Below are positions 38,152-47,316 of a stretch of 64,000 nucleotides of DNA, in pieces (within the stretch, counting starts at the first letter, position 1; every line of letters begins with the position of its first letter). The DNA is from an uncultured Ignavibacteriales bacterium (GTDB lineage: Bacteria > Bacteroidota > Ignavibacteria > Tepidaquicellales > OLB5). The stretch lies in contig CAYWTS010000001.1 in NCBI GenBank assembly GCA_964461265.1, positions 2,199-66,198 of the forward strand. Direction: 5' to 3'. Both the position numbers and the translations under genes were made by a program. A model generated the notes under the pieces. It was not told the origin of the DNA, did not search any database, and saw only the letters and a program-made list of their open reading frames with translations.

Positions 38152-39411
38152 ATGAAATACAGAAGACCCAAAGGGACAAAAGACATACTTCCATCTGAAA
38201 TTCACAAGTGGCATTACCTCGAGAGTGTTATTCGTGAAGTAACAGCTTTATTTAATTTCAGGGAAATCAGGACGCCCACATTCGAGTTAACGGAATTGTT
38301 CACACGCGGGATAGGCTCTGAAACCGATATAGTAGGTAAGGAAATGTATACTTTCCCCGATAAAAGCGGAAATTCACTAACACTCAAACCTGAAGGGACT
38401 GCAAACGTTGTGCGCGCATATCTTGAGAATGGGTTAGAGGTTGAATCACCTTTTCAAAAGCTGTATTATATCACAAATATGTTTCGTTACGAAAAACCGC
38501 AGGAAGGCAGATACAGGGAGCATACACAATTTGGTGCCGAAATTATCGGTAGCGATAATATTAGTACTGATGTTGAATTGATTATGCTTGCTAATGAAGT
38601 ATTTAACCGAGTCGGTATAAATGACTATACTTTAAAAATTAATTCGATTGGTAAAATTGCCGAAAGAAAAAATTATATTGAAAAATTAAGAGCATATTTA
38701 AAGGATAATATAGAAGTTTTATCGGATGATAGTAAAAGAAGATTTGAAACTAATCCATTACGTATATTAGACAGCAAGGAAAAAAATGATATTGCAATTA
38801 CCACGGAAGCTCCCAAAATTCTGGATAGTCTATCAAAATCGTCAAGAGAAAGATTCGACAATGTAATAAATATGCTTACCAAATTTGGTGTAAGGTATGA
38901 GATAGATTTCAGGCTTGTAAGAGGATTGGATTATTATACCGATACTACGTTCGAATTTATATCGAAAAAACTTGGTTCACAGGATGCGATTGGCGGAGGC
39001 GGGAGATATGACGGTCTGATAGAAAGTCTTGGCGGTAAGCCTGCGCCGGGAGCTGGCTTCGGCTGCGGAATGGAAAGAATTATTATTATTGCAGATAAAA
39101 ATGGTTTTGATTTCCCCGTTTTTTCAAAACTGAAAGTGTTTTTTATCGGTTTAACTGAAGAAGCAAGAAACTTATGTTATAAACTGGTTATTGAACTCCG
39201 CAGGAAAAAAATTTCCTGTGATTTCGATAGTCTAAACCGCAGCTTTAAAGCACAAATGAGAGAAGCTAATAAACTAAATTCTGAATTTGTTTATATAATC
39301 GGTGAAAATGAAATGATAAACGGAACCGGTCAACTGAAAAGAATGTCAGATGGAACGCAGACACCTGTAGAATTTTCTAAGTTATCGGATTATTTTACTG
39401 ATATAATATGA
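38152..39411 (+). CDS. hisS: Histidine--tRNA ligase
   Basis: PKGTKDILP, class II motif 2 context RYEKPQEGRYREHTQFGAE, and motif 3 AIGGGGRYDGL..GFGCGMERI. Confidence 0.92.
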   Translation: MKYRRPKGTKDILPSEIHKWHYLESVIREVTALFNFREIRTPTFELTELFTRGIGSETDIVGKEMYTFPDKSGNSLTLKPEGTANVVRAYLENGLEVESPFQKLYYITNMFRYEKPQEGRYREHTQFGAEIIGSDNISTDVELIMLANEVFNRVGINDYTLKINSIGKIAERKNYIEKLRAYLKDNIEVLSDDSKRRFETNPLRILDSKEKNDIAITTEAPKILDSLSKSSRERFDNVINMLTKFGVRYEIDFRLVRGLDYYTDTTFEFISKKLGSQDAIGGGGRYDGLIESLGGKPAPGAGFGCGMERIIIIADKNGFDFPVFSKLKVFFIGLTEEARNLCYKLVIELRRKKISCDFDSLNRSFKAQMREANKLNSEFVYIIGENEMINGTGQLKRMSDGTQTPVEFSKLSDYFTDII

Positions 39412-39836
39412 GAACTAAAAAAGTTAAACCTCCTAAAAAGAAATATGAGTATGTTCTTGAAATAAGCAGAAAATTCGATGAAATTAAACAGAAAGATTAC
39501 ATAAATTTCAGGTTTCAGACTACTAAGCCATTTGTAACTTACCAGTATATCTTGAAAGTTAATACCGAAGTTACAGATAGTAAGATTGCATTTAATATAG
39601 TTGGATTTACTGCCCCTGTGGGAGAATTATCTAATTTCGGTTTTGCAGGACATGAGTTCAGGTTATATGACCCTCATTACAAGCTATACAATGTTACAGT
39701 AACCAGAAAAGATGATAAGCTTACAAAGTTTAAAATGAATATTACAAAGTCAACGAAAACCCCCATTAAATTACTTAGAATACCAAAAGAAACATTTATT
39801 CAAATAACAACAGAAATTGATACCCAAACTTTTTGA
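39408..39836 (+). CDS. Hypothetical protein wedged between hisS and lgt
   Basis: 142-aa ORF with a basic N-terminus (MRTKKVKPPKKK). The start overlaps the hisS stop (ATGA) and the end overlaps the lgt start by 20 nt. No recognisable family. Confidence 0.45.
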   Translation: MRTKKVKPPKKKYEYVLEISRKFDEIKQKDYINFRFQTTKPFVTYQYILKVNTEVTDSKIAFNIVGFTAPVGELSNFGFAGHEFRLYDPHYKLYNVTVTRKDDKLTKFKMNITKSTKTPIKLLRIPKETFIQITTEIDTQTF

Positions 39837-40668
39837 AATAGGACCCATTCCCGTTTACAGTTACGGACTTATGCTTGGTTTGAGCTTTATTACTGCAAGC
39901 TGGCTGTTTGCAAAAGAATTCAAGCGTAAAAAGCTAAAAGAAAATGATGCTGTAAACATCACCTTTATAGCATTAATAGGCGGTGTGGCTGGAGCGAAGC
40001 TTCTTTATGTAATCGAAGAATGGTCGAGCATTATGTCACAGCCGACTGACATTATTTTATCAACTGATGGAATTTTTTCACCTGCAGGCTTAACCTGGTA
40101 CGGCGGATTTATACTTGCTACCGGTCTTATTTATATTTACGTCAGACGTAAGCGGATAGGATTTTTAAAAGTCTGTGATTCGGCTTCACCAAGCCTTGCA
40201 ATAGGTTATGGCATAGCCCGTATTGGCTGCCATCTTTCCGGTGACGGTGACTACGGTATACCCGTTTCAGAATTTGCATCATGGGTACCGTGGGGAACAA
40301 ATTATTCTAAGGGTGTGATACCCCCTTCTGTTGCTTTTAAAGGTACCGATATAGCTCAGAAATTTGGTGGTATTGTACCCGATAACACACTTTGTCATCC
40401 AACACCTATTTATGAATTAATATTAGCAATTATTTTATTCGCTATTCTCTGGAAGAAAAGAAAAGTTTATACACAAGATGGTAAATTGTTCTTTGTATAT
40501 TTAATTTATACAGGGATTTTCAGATTAATGATTGAGTTTATCAGGATTAATCCAAGACTTATACTTGGTTTATCAGAGGCTCAGCTGATTTCGATATTTC
40601 TAATTATTTTGGGTTTTATTTTTTACTTTACAAAATACAGAATTCCAGCTAAAGTTACAAAAAAATAA
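39817..40668 (+). CDS. lgt: Prolipoprotein diacylglyceryl transferase
   Basis: TTG start. IGPIPVYSYGLMLGLSF, ARIGCHLSGDGDYG and HPTPIYE. Multi-pass membrane protein. Confidence 0.85.
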   Translation: MIPKLFEIGPIPVYSYGLMLGLSFITASWLFAKEFKRKKLKENDAVNITFIALIGGVAGAKLLYVIEEWSSIMSQPTDIILSTDGIFSPAGLTWYGGFILATGLIYIYVRRKRIGFLKVCDSASPSLAIGYGIARIGCHLSGDGDYGIPVSEFASWVPWGTNYSKGVIPPSVAFKGTDIAQKFGGIVPDNTLCHPTPIYELILAIILFAILWKKRKVYTQDGKLFFVYLIYTGIFRLMIEFIRINPRLILGLSEAQLISIFLIILGFIFYFTKYRIPAKVTKK

Positions 40669-40814
40669 TATTATACTCTTACTGAAGGATTTTACTATAA
40701 AAATGGATTTAATAAAACACATGTGCCTCGGAAAAACTTTATTTCTTGAAACAGACACTGAAATTGGCTATTTTTGTCAAATTCGTTGAAATATTATAGA
40801 AAGTGGAGTAGAAA

Positions 40815-40970
40815 TTGAAGAGAACTTATCAACCCAGTACCAGGAAAAGGAAAAACAAACATGGATTCAGAGAAAGAATGAAGTCGAAAGATGGCAGGAA
40901 AGTCCTTTCCAGACGCAGAGCAAAAGGCAGGAAAAAATTAACAGTAAGTGACGAATTTAACAAGAGATAA
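40815..40970 (+). CDS. rpmH: 50S ribosomal protein L34
   Basis: Below the ORF-track size cutoff. From TTG at 40815 it reads [51 protein letters not shown], with the stop at 40968-40970. It sits in the canonical position before rnpA. Confidence 0.92.
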   Translation: MKRTYQPSTRKRKNKHGFRERMKSKDGRKVLSRRRAKGRKKLTVSDEFNKR

Positions 40971-41371
40971 TTGAGTAGGAAAATCTTTTCATTAAATAGG
41001 GAAGAAATAGTTAAAGGTTATAAAACTTTTGAGACGATATTAAATACCGGTTTTAAAACCGATTCAGAATTTTTAACGTCATATTCGCTAATTTCAGGGG
41101 AACAAACCGGAATTAATGTTAAAGCCGGTTTTTTTATTTCAAAAAAAAAATTAAAAAAGCTCACGAAAGAAACCGCTTAAAAAGATTACTGCGTGAAGCT
41201 TACCGTCTTAATAAGATTGATCTGATTAACCACATTAATAAAGGCCGGGGTCATATTAGTATTCTGTTTACACTTACAAATCGGGGTTATAATCAACCTG
41301 AAGATCTTAATTTCCAAATACTATTAAAAGATATGTCTGAATTATTGAATCTAACTATTAAAAAATGTTGA
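40971..41371 (+). CDS. rnpA: Ribonuclease P protein component, interrupted by a frameshift in an A10 run
   Basis: Frame 1 (TTG 40971) gives ..VKAGFFISKKK and then stops at 41178-41180. The conserved KKAHERNRLKRLLREAYRLNKIDL.. continues in the neighbouring frame from 41150 to TGA at 41369-41371. The switch point is A10 at 41141-41150. Confidence 0.8.
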
Positions 41372-41646
41372 TAAACATTATTTACATTCCACGTTATATT
41401 TTGATGTTAATTATCAGATTGTACAGGATGTTAATTTCACCGATTTTACCGGCTTCATGCAGGCATTACCCAACTTGTTCTGAATATGCCATGGTATCGG
41501 TTAAGAGATTTGGTGTTATTAAAGGCGGTTATCTTGCTTTAATAAGGTTGATAAAATGCAACCCGTTTTTCGAAGGGGGTTTAGACCCGGTACCCGATGA
41601 ATTTCCGAAAACAAAATTGAAGAAGACATATAAATTATATGGATAA
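41365..41646 (+). CDS. yidD: Membrane protein insertion efficiency factor YidD
   Basis: ISPILPASCRHYPTCSEYA...GGYLALIRLIKCNPF..GGLDPVP. Confidence 0.9.
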   Translation: MLINIIYIPRYILMLIIRLYRMLISPILPASCRHYPTCSEYAMVSVKRFGVIKGGYLALIRLIKCNPFFEGGLDPVPDEFPKTKLKKTYKLYG

Positions 41647-43429
41647 AAAGTCAATATTAGGATTTGTTGTAATAGGTTTAATACTGGTTGTATGGCTTTT
41701 TTATATGAACCGCCAGCAGCAAACTGACCTGCAGAATAAACAGAAACAAATTCAGCAAACAGATACTCTTTATAAAAAACAGGATACTAGTAAGGAAATA
41801 AGGAAAGATACTGTAATTTATACCGAGCAATCTATTCCGGACAGCCTGAGATACGGAATCTATTTTTCCAGGTTCACTAAAGGTGAGGAAAAAATAATAA
41901 TGGTTGAAACAGATAAATATTATGCAGAGTTTTCGACCAAAGGTGGTACACTCATCAAGTATGAACTAAAGGGTTTTAATACATGGGATGGCTACCCTGT
42001 TCAGCTGTTATATCTCAAAAAAGGCGGTGAACTGAATATGATATTTACATCTCCTGACGGGAAAATGATAAACACTAAAGATATTTATTTTAATGCATCA
42101 TATAAACCATGGGAAAAACTCATACTCAAGGACGATAATCGGGTTAAAGTTACTTTTGAACTGCCTGTTAATGATACAATCGGTTCTAAGATTGTAAAAA
42201 CCTACACATTCAGAAACGGGGAATACCTTTTTGACCTTGAGATCGATCTCCAAAATCCCAATAGTTACATTTCAAATTTTGAGTATCAGCTGGTTTGGGA
42301 AAACTCTCTGATGCTTACTGAATACCGAAGTGATGTTGAAGGAAATCATGCTGAAGCATTTACATCGATGGGCGATGAAGTCGAGGTAGTTGATGCCACC
42401 AGTATAGAAGAACCCGTTGAATCTGACCTTAATGGAACCACAGACTGGGTTTCATCACGTATTAAATATTTTTGTGTAGCTCTTATACCTTCCAATCCAA
42501 AAGGTACGGGTTCGTATATAACAGGCACACGTTCAACATTGCCTAATGAAGGATTTGAAGAAAATTATTCCATTGCCCTGAAGATGCAGGTTAAGAACGA
42601 TAAAATTGAAAAATATTTTTACCGCGTATATTTAGGTCCGGTTGACTACAGCATTTTAAAGAGTGTAGGGGTTGGTCTGGAGAAGACGATGAGATTCTCA
42701 CTTGATTTTATAGTAAGACCCATTGCTCAATATGCTATACTACCTTTTTTCCTTTTCCTGCATACTTTTATTTCGAACTGGGGACTTGTGATAATAATTT
42801 TTTCATTGGTAATGAAATTGGTGCTCACACCTTTCACACGTTACCAGATGAAATCGATGAAAAAGATGTCTGATATGCAGCCAAGAATGAACGCTATAAA
42901 AGAAAAGTATAAAGATGATCCCCAAAAACAGCAGCAGGCTTTGATGAAATTTTACCGTGAGGAGAAAATTAATCCTATGGGCGGCTGTCTGCCATTGCTT
43001 CTTCAGCTTCCTATTCTGTATGCACTATTTGGTGTTTTTAATTCTACGATTGAACTTAGGCAATCATCGTTTATTCTTTGGATTAAAGATCTGTCAATTC
43101 CCGATGTCATAGTTACACTGCCGTTTAAAATACCGCTTTTTGGAATCAATGAAATATCGGGACTGGCATTGCTGATGGGTATAACAATGTTCATTCAGCA
43201 GAAAATGACAGTAAAAGATCCTAAGCAGAAAGCAATGATTTACCTGATGCCTGTAATGATGACTCTGCTATTCACTACTTTACCGTCGGGATTAAACCTT
43301 TATTATTTTACATTTAACCTTATTTCGATTGTTGAACAATATTTTGTAACCCACCGTAAAAAAGGCACAACCGAAAGTATACCTGAAACGAAACCACAAT
43401 TACGATTTAAAGGCAAGAAGGGTTTATAA
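41639..43429 (+). CDS. yidC: Membrane protein insertase YidC
   Basis: Long periplasmic N-domain. The C-terminal core is NWGLVIIIFSLVMKLVLTPFT..MKKM..MQP..YKDDPQKQQQALMKFYREEKINPMGGCLPLLLQLPILYALF. Confidence 0.92.
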   Translation: MDKKSILGFVVIGLILVVWLFYMNRQQQTDLQNKQKQIQQTDTLYKKQDTSKEIRKDTVIYTEQSIPDSLRYGIYFSRFTKGEEKIIMVETDKYYAEFSTKGGTLIKYELKGFNTWDGYPVQLLYLKKGGELNMIFTSPDGKMINTKDIYFNASYKPWEKLILKDDNRVKVTFELPVNDTIGSKIVKTYTFRNGEYLFDLEIDLQNPNSYISNFEYQLVWENSLMLTEYRSDVEGNHAEAFTSMGDEVEVVDATSIEEPVESDLNGTTDWVSSRIKYFCVALIPSNPKGTGSYITGTRSTLPNEGFEENYSIALKMQVKNDKIEKYFYRVYLGPVDYSILKSVGVGLEKTMRFSLDFIVRPIAQYAILPFFLFLHTFISNWGLVIIIFSLVMKLVLTPFTRYQMKSMKKMSDMQPRMNAIKEKYKDDPQKQQQALMKFYREEKINPMGGCLPLLLQLPILYALFGVFNSTIELRQSSFILWIKDLSIPDVIVTLPFKIPLFGINEISGLALLMGITMFIQQKMTVKDPKQKAMIYLMPVMMTLLFTTLPSGLNLYYFTFNLISIVEQYFVTHRKKGTTESIPETKPQLRFKGKKGL

Positions 43430-43474
43430 AAAAACTACAATAGTCTTGAGACTAAAGTAGTTTTACTATTTAAG

Positions 43475-43849
43475 TGGAGATGCCGGGAGTTGAACCCGGG
43501 TCCGGAAAGAAGACCACCGAAACGCCTACATTCTTAGCTTACATTTTAATTTCACTTCCGGAACGCCTGGTAAGCTTAGCTTTCCGGAAGCTACGCCCGT
43601 AATTTCTCACTCATAGTACCGGGTAATACTACCAGCCAGCTCATCATTCTGACGCCTTGCTGCCATCCGGATAAGCATCGGAAGCGGCAGAAGACGGGCT
43701 GCTTTATTTATTAAGCAGCCAGTGCGTAGTTATAGTTGTCGTTTATTTAAAACGCGCAGCTATTCTCAGGATTAAACCTGACCTGCATACTGCGAGCAGG
43801 GAATGCAGTTTCAGCCATCTATACATCCCGTCGAAACCAAATCATCCCC
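43475..43849 (-). ncRNA. ssrA: tmRNA (SsrA)
   Basis: The reverse strand begins GGGGATGATTTGGTTTCGACGGG and ends ..GGACCCGGGTTCAACTCCCGGCATCTCCA. The acceptor stem GGGGATG/CATCTCC includes the G3:U pair. The T arm is CCGGG TTCAACT CCCGG. The internal tag frame is AAC GAC AAC TAT AAC TAC GCA CTG GCT GCT (43743-43714, ..NDNYNYALAA), followed by TAA TAA. The resume codon is not determined. Confidence 0.9.
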
Positions 43850-43945
43850 ATCTGATACTGTATAAATTTAAACCATTTATTTAGCTAAAACAATTCCAAA
43901 ACATAGGTTTCTTTTACGTGCAAAATTGATTAATTTTGGATAATT

Positions 43946-44374
43946 ATGAAAATATCAAAAGAATTCCACTGGGAAATGGGTCACCGTTTACCTGAACACG
44001 AAGGATTATGCCGAAATGTTCACGGGCATTCGTATAAAATGGTGCTTGAAATCGAAGGTAAAGTACAGAAAAACGGGATGGTAATTGATTTTTATGACCT
44101 TAATAAAATCGTTATGCCGATTATAAATAAATACGACCATGCTTTTATGTGCAATAACTACGATAAAACTATGCTGGATTTTCTAAAAAAAAATAAAATG
44201 AAATATGTTGCTGTGAATTTTCATACCACAGTTGAAAATATTTGTGAGCATTTAGCTAATGAAATAGTCAAACATTTTAAGAAGTTAAAAATGAGGAATA
44301 TTGATTGTTTTACTGTAAATATATTTGAAACTCCAAACGATTATGCATCAGTTACTAAAAGAGTGGCAAAATGA
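43946..44374 (+). CDS. queD: 6-carboxy-5,6,7,8-tetrahydropterin synthase
   Basis: FHWEMGHRLPEHEGLCRNVHGHSYKMVLEIEG, with the zinc-ligand histidines and catalytic Cys context of QueD/PTPS. Confidence 0.88.
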   Translation: MKISKEFHWEMGHRLPEHEGLCRNVHGHSYKMVLEIEGKVQKNGMVIDFYDLNKIVMPIINKYDHAFMCNNYDKTMLDFLKKNKMKYVAVNFHTTVENICEHLANEIVKHFKKLKMRNIDCFTVNIFETPNDYASVTKRVAK

Positions 44375-44500
44375 TTAGTACATAATACTGTAGTGAACGT
44401 AACGTAGCAGTTTGATGAATTAAATAATAATTTTATCTGATGTAATTATTTTTGAGAAAATAATGTTTGTTACTTTAACTGCAATTAAATTCATGTTGTC

Positions 44501-45148
44501 TTGTCTGGTATTTTAAAAGTCAATGAAATATTTTACTCCATCCAGGGCGAAGGAACATCCAGCGGCTTACCGTGTGTGTTTATTCGATTGACTTTTTGCA
44601 ACCTGCGATGCACTTACTGTGATACAGAATATGCTTTTTATGAAGGTATTAATATGTCGCTTAACGAGATAATTGATAAAGTGAAAAGTTTTGACTGCAA
44701 GACTGTTGAGATTACCGGGGGTGAACCATTAGTACAACAGGAAGTTCATGATTTAATGAAAGAATTGTGTGATATGGAATATAATGTAATGATAGAGACA
44801 GGCGGTTCCTTACCAATAGATAAAATAGATAAGCGTGTTAATATTATTATGGATTTAAAATGTCCTTCCAGCCAAATGTCGGATAAAAATAATTATGACA
44901 ATATTTCTTTACTTAAAAACACTGATGAGATAAAATTTGTTATAGGTAACAGGGAAGATTACCTGTGGGCAAGGGAAATAATTACAAAATATGATTTAAC
45001 CAATAAAGTTAATGTTTTAATGTCGCCTGTATTTGAGAAGATTGAAAATAACGATATCGCTTCATGGATACTGGAAGATAAATTAAATATCCGGTTTCAG
45101 ATACAGCTTCATAAATTTATATGGGATCCTCAGACAAGGGGAGTATAA
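44501..45148 (+). CDS. queE: 7-carboxy-7-deazaguanine synthase (radical SAM)
   Basis: TTG start. EIFYSIQGEGTSSGLPCVFIRLTFCNLRCTYCDT and EITGGEP. Confidence 0.88.
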   Translation: MSGILKVNEIFYSIQGEGTSSGLPCVFIRLTFCNLRCTYCDTEYAFYEGINMSLNEIIDKVKSFDCKTVEITGGEPLVQQEVHDLMKELCDMEYNVMIETGGSLPIDKIDKRVNIIMDLKCPSSQMSDKNNYDNISLLKNTDEIKFVIGNREDYLWAREIITKYDLTNKVNVLMSPVFEKIENNDIASWILEDKLNIRFQIQLHKFIWDPQTRGV

Positions 45149-45151
45149 TAA

Positions 45152-45841
45152 GTGAAGGGGAATTCTAATTTTGCTGTCGTTCTGCTAAGCGGAGGTATGG
45201 ATTCTCTGGTTACTGCAGCAATTGCTTTAAAAGATTACTTACCTGCTTTTTTACATGTAAATTACGGACAAAGAACCGAGAAACGCGAACTTGCAGCATT
45301 TAATGATATAGCAGATTATTATAACGTGACAAATAGATTAGTAGTAGATGTTTCTCATTTAGCTAAAATAGGAGGTTCTTCACTGACCGATAAAAATATT
45401 GAAGTTACAAAAGCAATTTTGAGTAATAGGGATATTCCTGCATCATACGTTCCATTCCGTAATGCTAATATTTTGTCGGCTGCTGTTAGTTGGGCTGAGG
45501 TTTTAGGGGCTGCCAAAATATTCATTGGAGCGGTTGAGGAAGATTCTAGCGGCTACCCTGATTGCAGAAAAGAATTTTATAATGTTTTTAACGAAGTGAT
45601 TAAGATTGGTACAAAATCTAAAAATATTTCGATTGAAACACCTATAATTCACTTAAAAAAGCATGAAATAGTGAAAAAAGGTTCTGAACTGGGAGTACCA
45701 TTTCATTTAAGCTGGTCGTGTTATAAAAATGAGGATGTTGCATGCGGAGAGTGTGATTCATGCGCACTCAGATTGCGTGGATTTCAGCTTGCAGGTGTCG
45801 AAGACCCCATAGATTATATTACTAAGCCGAGTTATATTTAA
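45152..45841 (+). CDS. queC: 7-cyano-7-deazaguanine synthase
   Basis: GTG start. PP-loop [14 protein letters not shown], and the zinc cluster [19 protein letters not shown]. Confidence 0.9.
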   Translation: MKGNSNFAVVLLSGGMDSLVTAAIALKDYLPAFLHVNYGQRTEKRELAAFNDIADYYNVTNRLVVDVSHLAKIGGSSLTDKNIEVTKAILSNRDIPASYVPFRNANILSAAVSWAEVLGAAKIFIGAVEEDSSGYPDCRKEFYNVFNEVIKIGTKSKNISIETPIIHLKKHEIVKKGSELGVPFHLSWSCYKNEDVACGECDSCALRLRGFQLAGVEDPIDYITKPSYI

Positions 45842-45885
45842 CAAAAATAAACAAACTATTTATTAATTTAATCCAAAATCATAAC

Positions 45886-46641
45886 ATGTATAAAAACAAA
45901 TCACTTAAGACCTTAGGTCTTTATTTCTTTTTACCATTGTTTTCGTTTCTGATTATTTCATCGTGCGGAAAGAAAGATGATACTGGAACAACAGGAAAAG
46001 AAACAGATAAATTGGATAAGAATGAGAACATTACCTTGAATGCAGAAACACCTATTTATGTTGAATTTAAGGTTGAAGGAACAATGGAAGGTACTATAAA
46101 GGGTTGGTATGCCGGGAAGAAGAATAAATCAGAAACAGAACTGAAATCCAAGGGTATGGTAATTAAAGGTTCATTTTATTCGGATGGACAAATGGTTTAT
46201 ATTATTACAGAAGAAGCTTCAGGTGTGAAGATGGGTTTTAAAATGGATGTTAAAGAATGGTCAGAAGGTGAATCTAAAGAAGGACAGGTGGATATAACTT
46301 CATGGCGGGATAAGCTGAAAGAATATACGAAAATCGGTACTGCCGAAGTACTTGGCAAAACCTGTGACATTATGGAAGCTAAAGACAAGCAAACTAAGCT
46401 GTATATTTATAAAGATTTTCTTCCGCTTAAAATGGAAATGAAAAATATGACTATGACCGCCACAAAATATGAAATAGATGTAAAAATCACCGACGAAATG
46501 TTCACCCCTCCAAAAGATGTTGAATTTATTGATTTTGGGGAAATGACAAAAGGTTTAAAGGATTTGAAAAACATGAAACAGGATGACTTAAAAGATAAGA
46601 TGAAGGAACTTGAGGATGTAATGAAGAATTATAAAAAGTAA
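45886..46641 (+). CDS. Lipoprotein of unknown function
   Basis: Signal peptide plus lipobox (LIISSCGKKDD). Lys/Glu-rich mature part. No confident family assignment. Confidence 0.5.
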   Translation: MYKNKSLKTLGLYFFLPLFSFLIISSCGKKDDTGTTGKETDKLDKNENITLNAETPIYVEFKVEGTMEGTIKGWYAGKKNKSETELKSKGMVIKGSFYSDGQMVYIITEEASGVKMGFKMDVKEWSEGESKEGQVDITSWRDKLKEYTKIGTAEVLGKTCDIMEAKDKQTKLYIYKDFLPLKMEMKNMTMTATKYEIDVKITDEMFTPPKDVEFIDFGEMTKGLKDLKNMKQDDLKDKMKELEDVMKNYKK

Positions 46642-46662
46642 GTTCTTAAATATGTTATATAT

Positions 46663-46694
46663 AATCCTCCTCAGTAATTGGGGAGGATTTTTTA
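46663..46694 (+). terminator. Intrinsic terminator after the lipoprotein gene
   Basis: AATCCTCC (46663-46670), an 11-nt loop, then GGAGGATT (46682-46689) running into TTTTTT. Confidence 0.75.
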
Positions 46695-46707
46695 TCTTAT
46701 TTTCGGA

Positions 46708-46730
46708 CATTCCTGCGAAAGCAGGAATCT
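46708..46730. repeat. Left copy of a 23-bp hairpin repeat flanking the GIY-YIG gene
   Basis: CATTCCTGCGAAAGCAGGAATCT. It has an internal 8-bp stem ATTCCTGC/GCAGGAAT with a GAAA loop, and is the exact reverse complement of 47285-47307. Confidence 0.9.
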
Positions 46731-46921
46731 ACAATATTAAATAAATCTGGTTGATTTTCTGTTTACAAACTGGAGGCAATTGGAACGTTAATATTCGATA
46801 ACTTTATATTTGTCAAAATCAGAAAAATATCAATAAATGATATTGTTTTTAAAATTACATTGGTTATGTTATTAACCACAATTTGCAGATATAGGATCTT
46901 TAATATAACTATCATAATTAA

Positions 46922-47266
46922 ATGAAGAATTATTTTGTTTATATTTTAGCTAACAAGAAAGACGGAATACTCTATATGGGATTTACAGATAATATTGTAA
47001 GAAGAGTAGGTGAGCATAAAAATAAAAAATATTCAGGTTTTACTGAAAAATATAATATTAAGAAATTAATTTATTTCGAGAAATATTCAACAGCTGAAGA
47101 AGCTAAAACGAGAGAAAAGCAGATTAAAAGATGGAAACGAGAGTGGAAAATTGAGTTGATTGAAAAAGAAAATCCTGATTGGATAGATTTATCTCAAAAC
47201 TTTCAGAAATATTTAAGTTCTATGGAGTTTTTAGAATTTATACATAAAAATCCAGAATCAATATAA
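46922..47266 (+). CDS. Small GIY-YIG nuclease-family protein (URI domain, COG2827-like)
   Basis: 114 aa: YFVYILANKKDGILYMGFTDNIVRRVGEHKN...KLIYFEKYSTAEEAKTREKQIKRWKREWKIELIEKENPDW. It carries the GIY-YIG beta-hairpin (YVY..YMG), the conserved R and E, and the C-terminal K.W.R.WK..LIE..NP.W tail typical of this small family. Confidence 0.85.
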   Translation: MKNYFVYILANKKDGILYMGFTDNIVRRVGEHKNKKYSGFTEKYNIKKLIYFEKYSTAEEAKTREKQIKRWKREWKIELIEKENPDWIDLSQNFQKYLSSMEFLEFIHKNPESI

Positions 47267-47284
47267 TTTAAAAATGTAATGTGC

Positions 47285-47307
47285 AGATTCCTGCTTTCGC
47301 AGGAATG
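47285..47307. repeat. Right copy (inverted) of the 23-bp hairpin repeat
   Basis: AGATTCCTGCTTTCGCAGGAATG, the exact reverse complement of 46708-46730. It ends 10 nt before the probable ATG of the polymerase gene. Confidence 0.9.
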
Positions 47308-47316
47308 CTTTGTAAT

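Noticed and set aside
43850-44500. preQ1 riboswitch in front of queD or queE
   Set aside because: I read both spacers (43850-43945 and 44375-44500) and could not find the conserved preQ1-I/II core or a convincing pseudoknot-forming hairpin. Only TAnnTTTG boxes are present.
47281-47316. N-terminal extension MQIPAFAGMLCN of the Y-family polymerase ORF (GTG start at 47281 in the track)
   Set aside because: These codons are simply the translation of the right hairpin repeat (47285-47307). Homology to Y-family polymerases starts after the ATG at 47317, so the extension is treated as an ORF-calling artefact.
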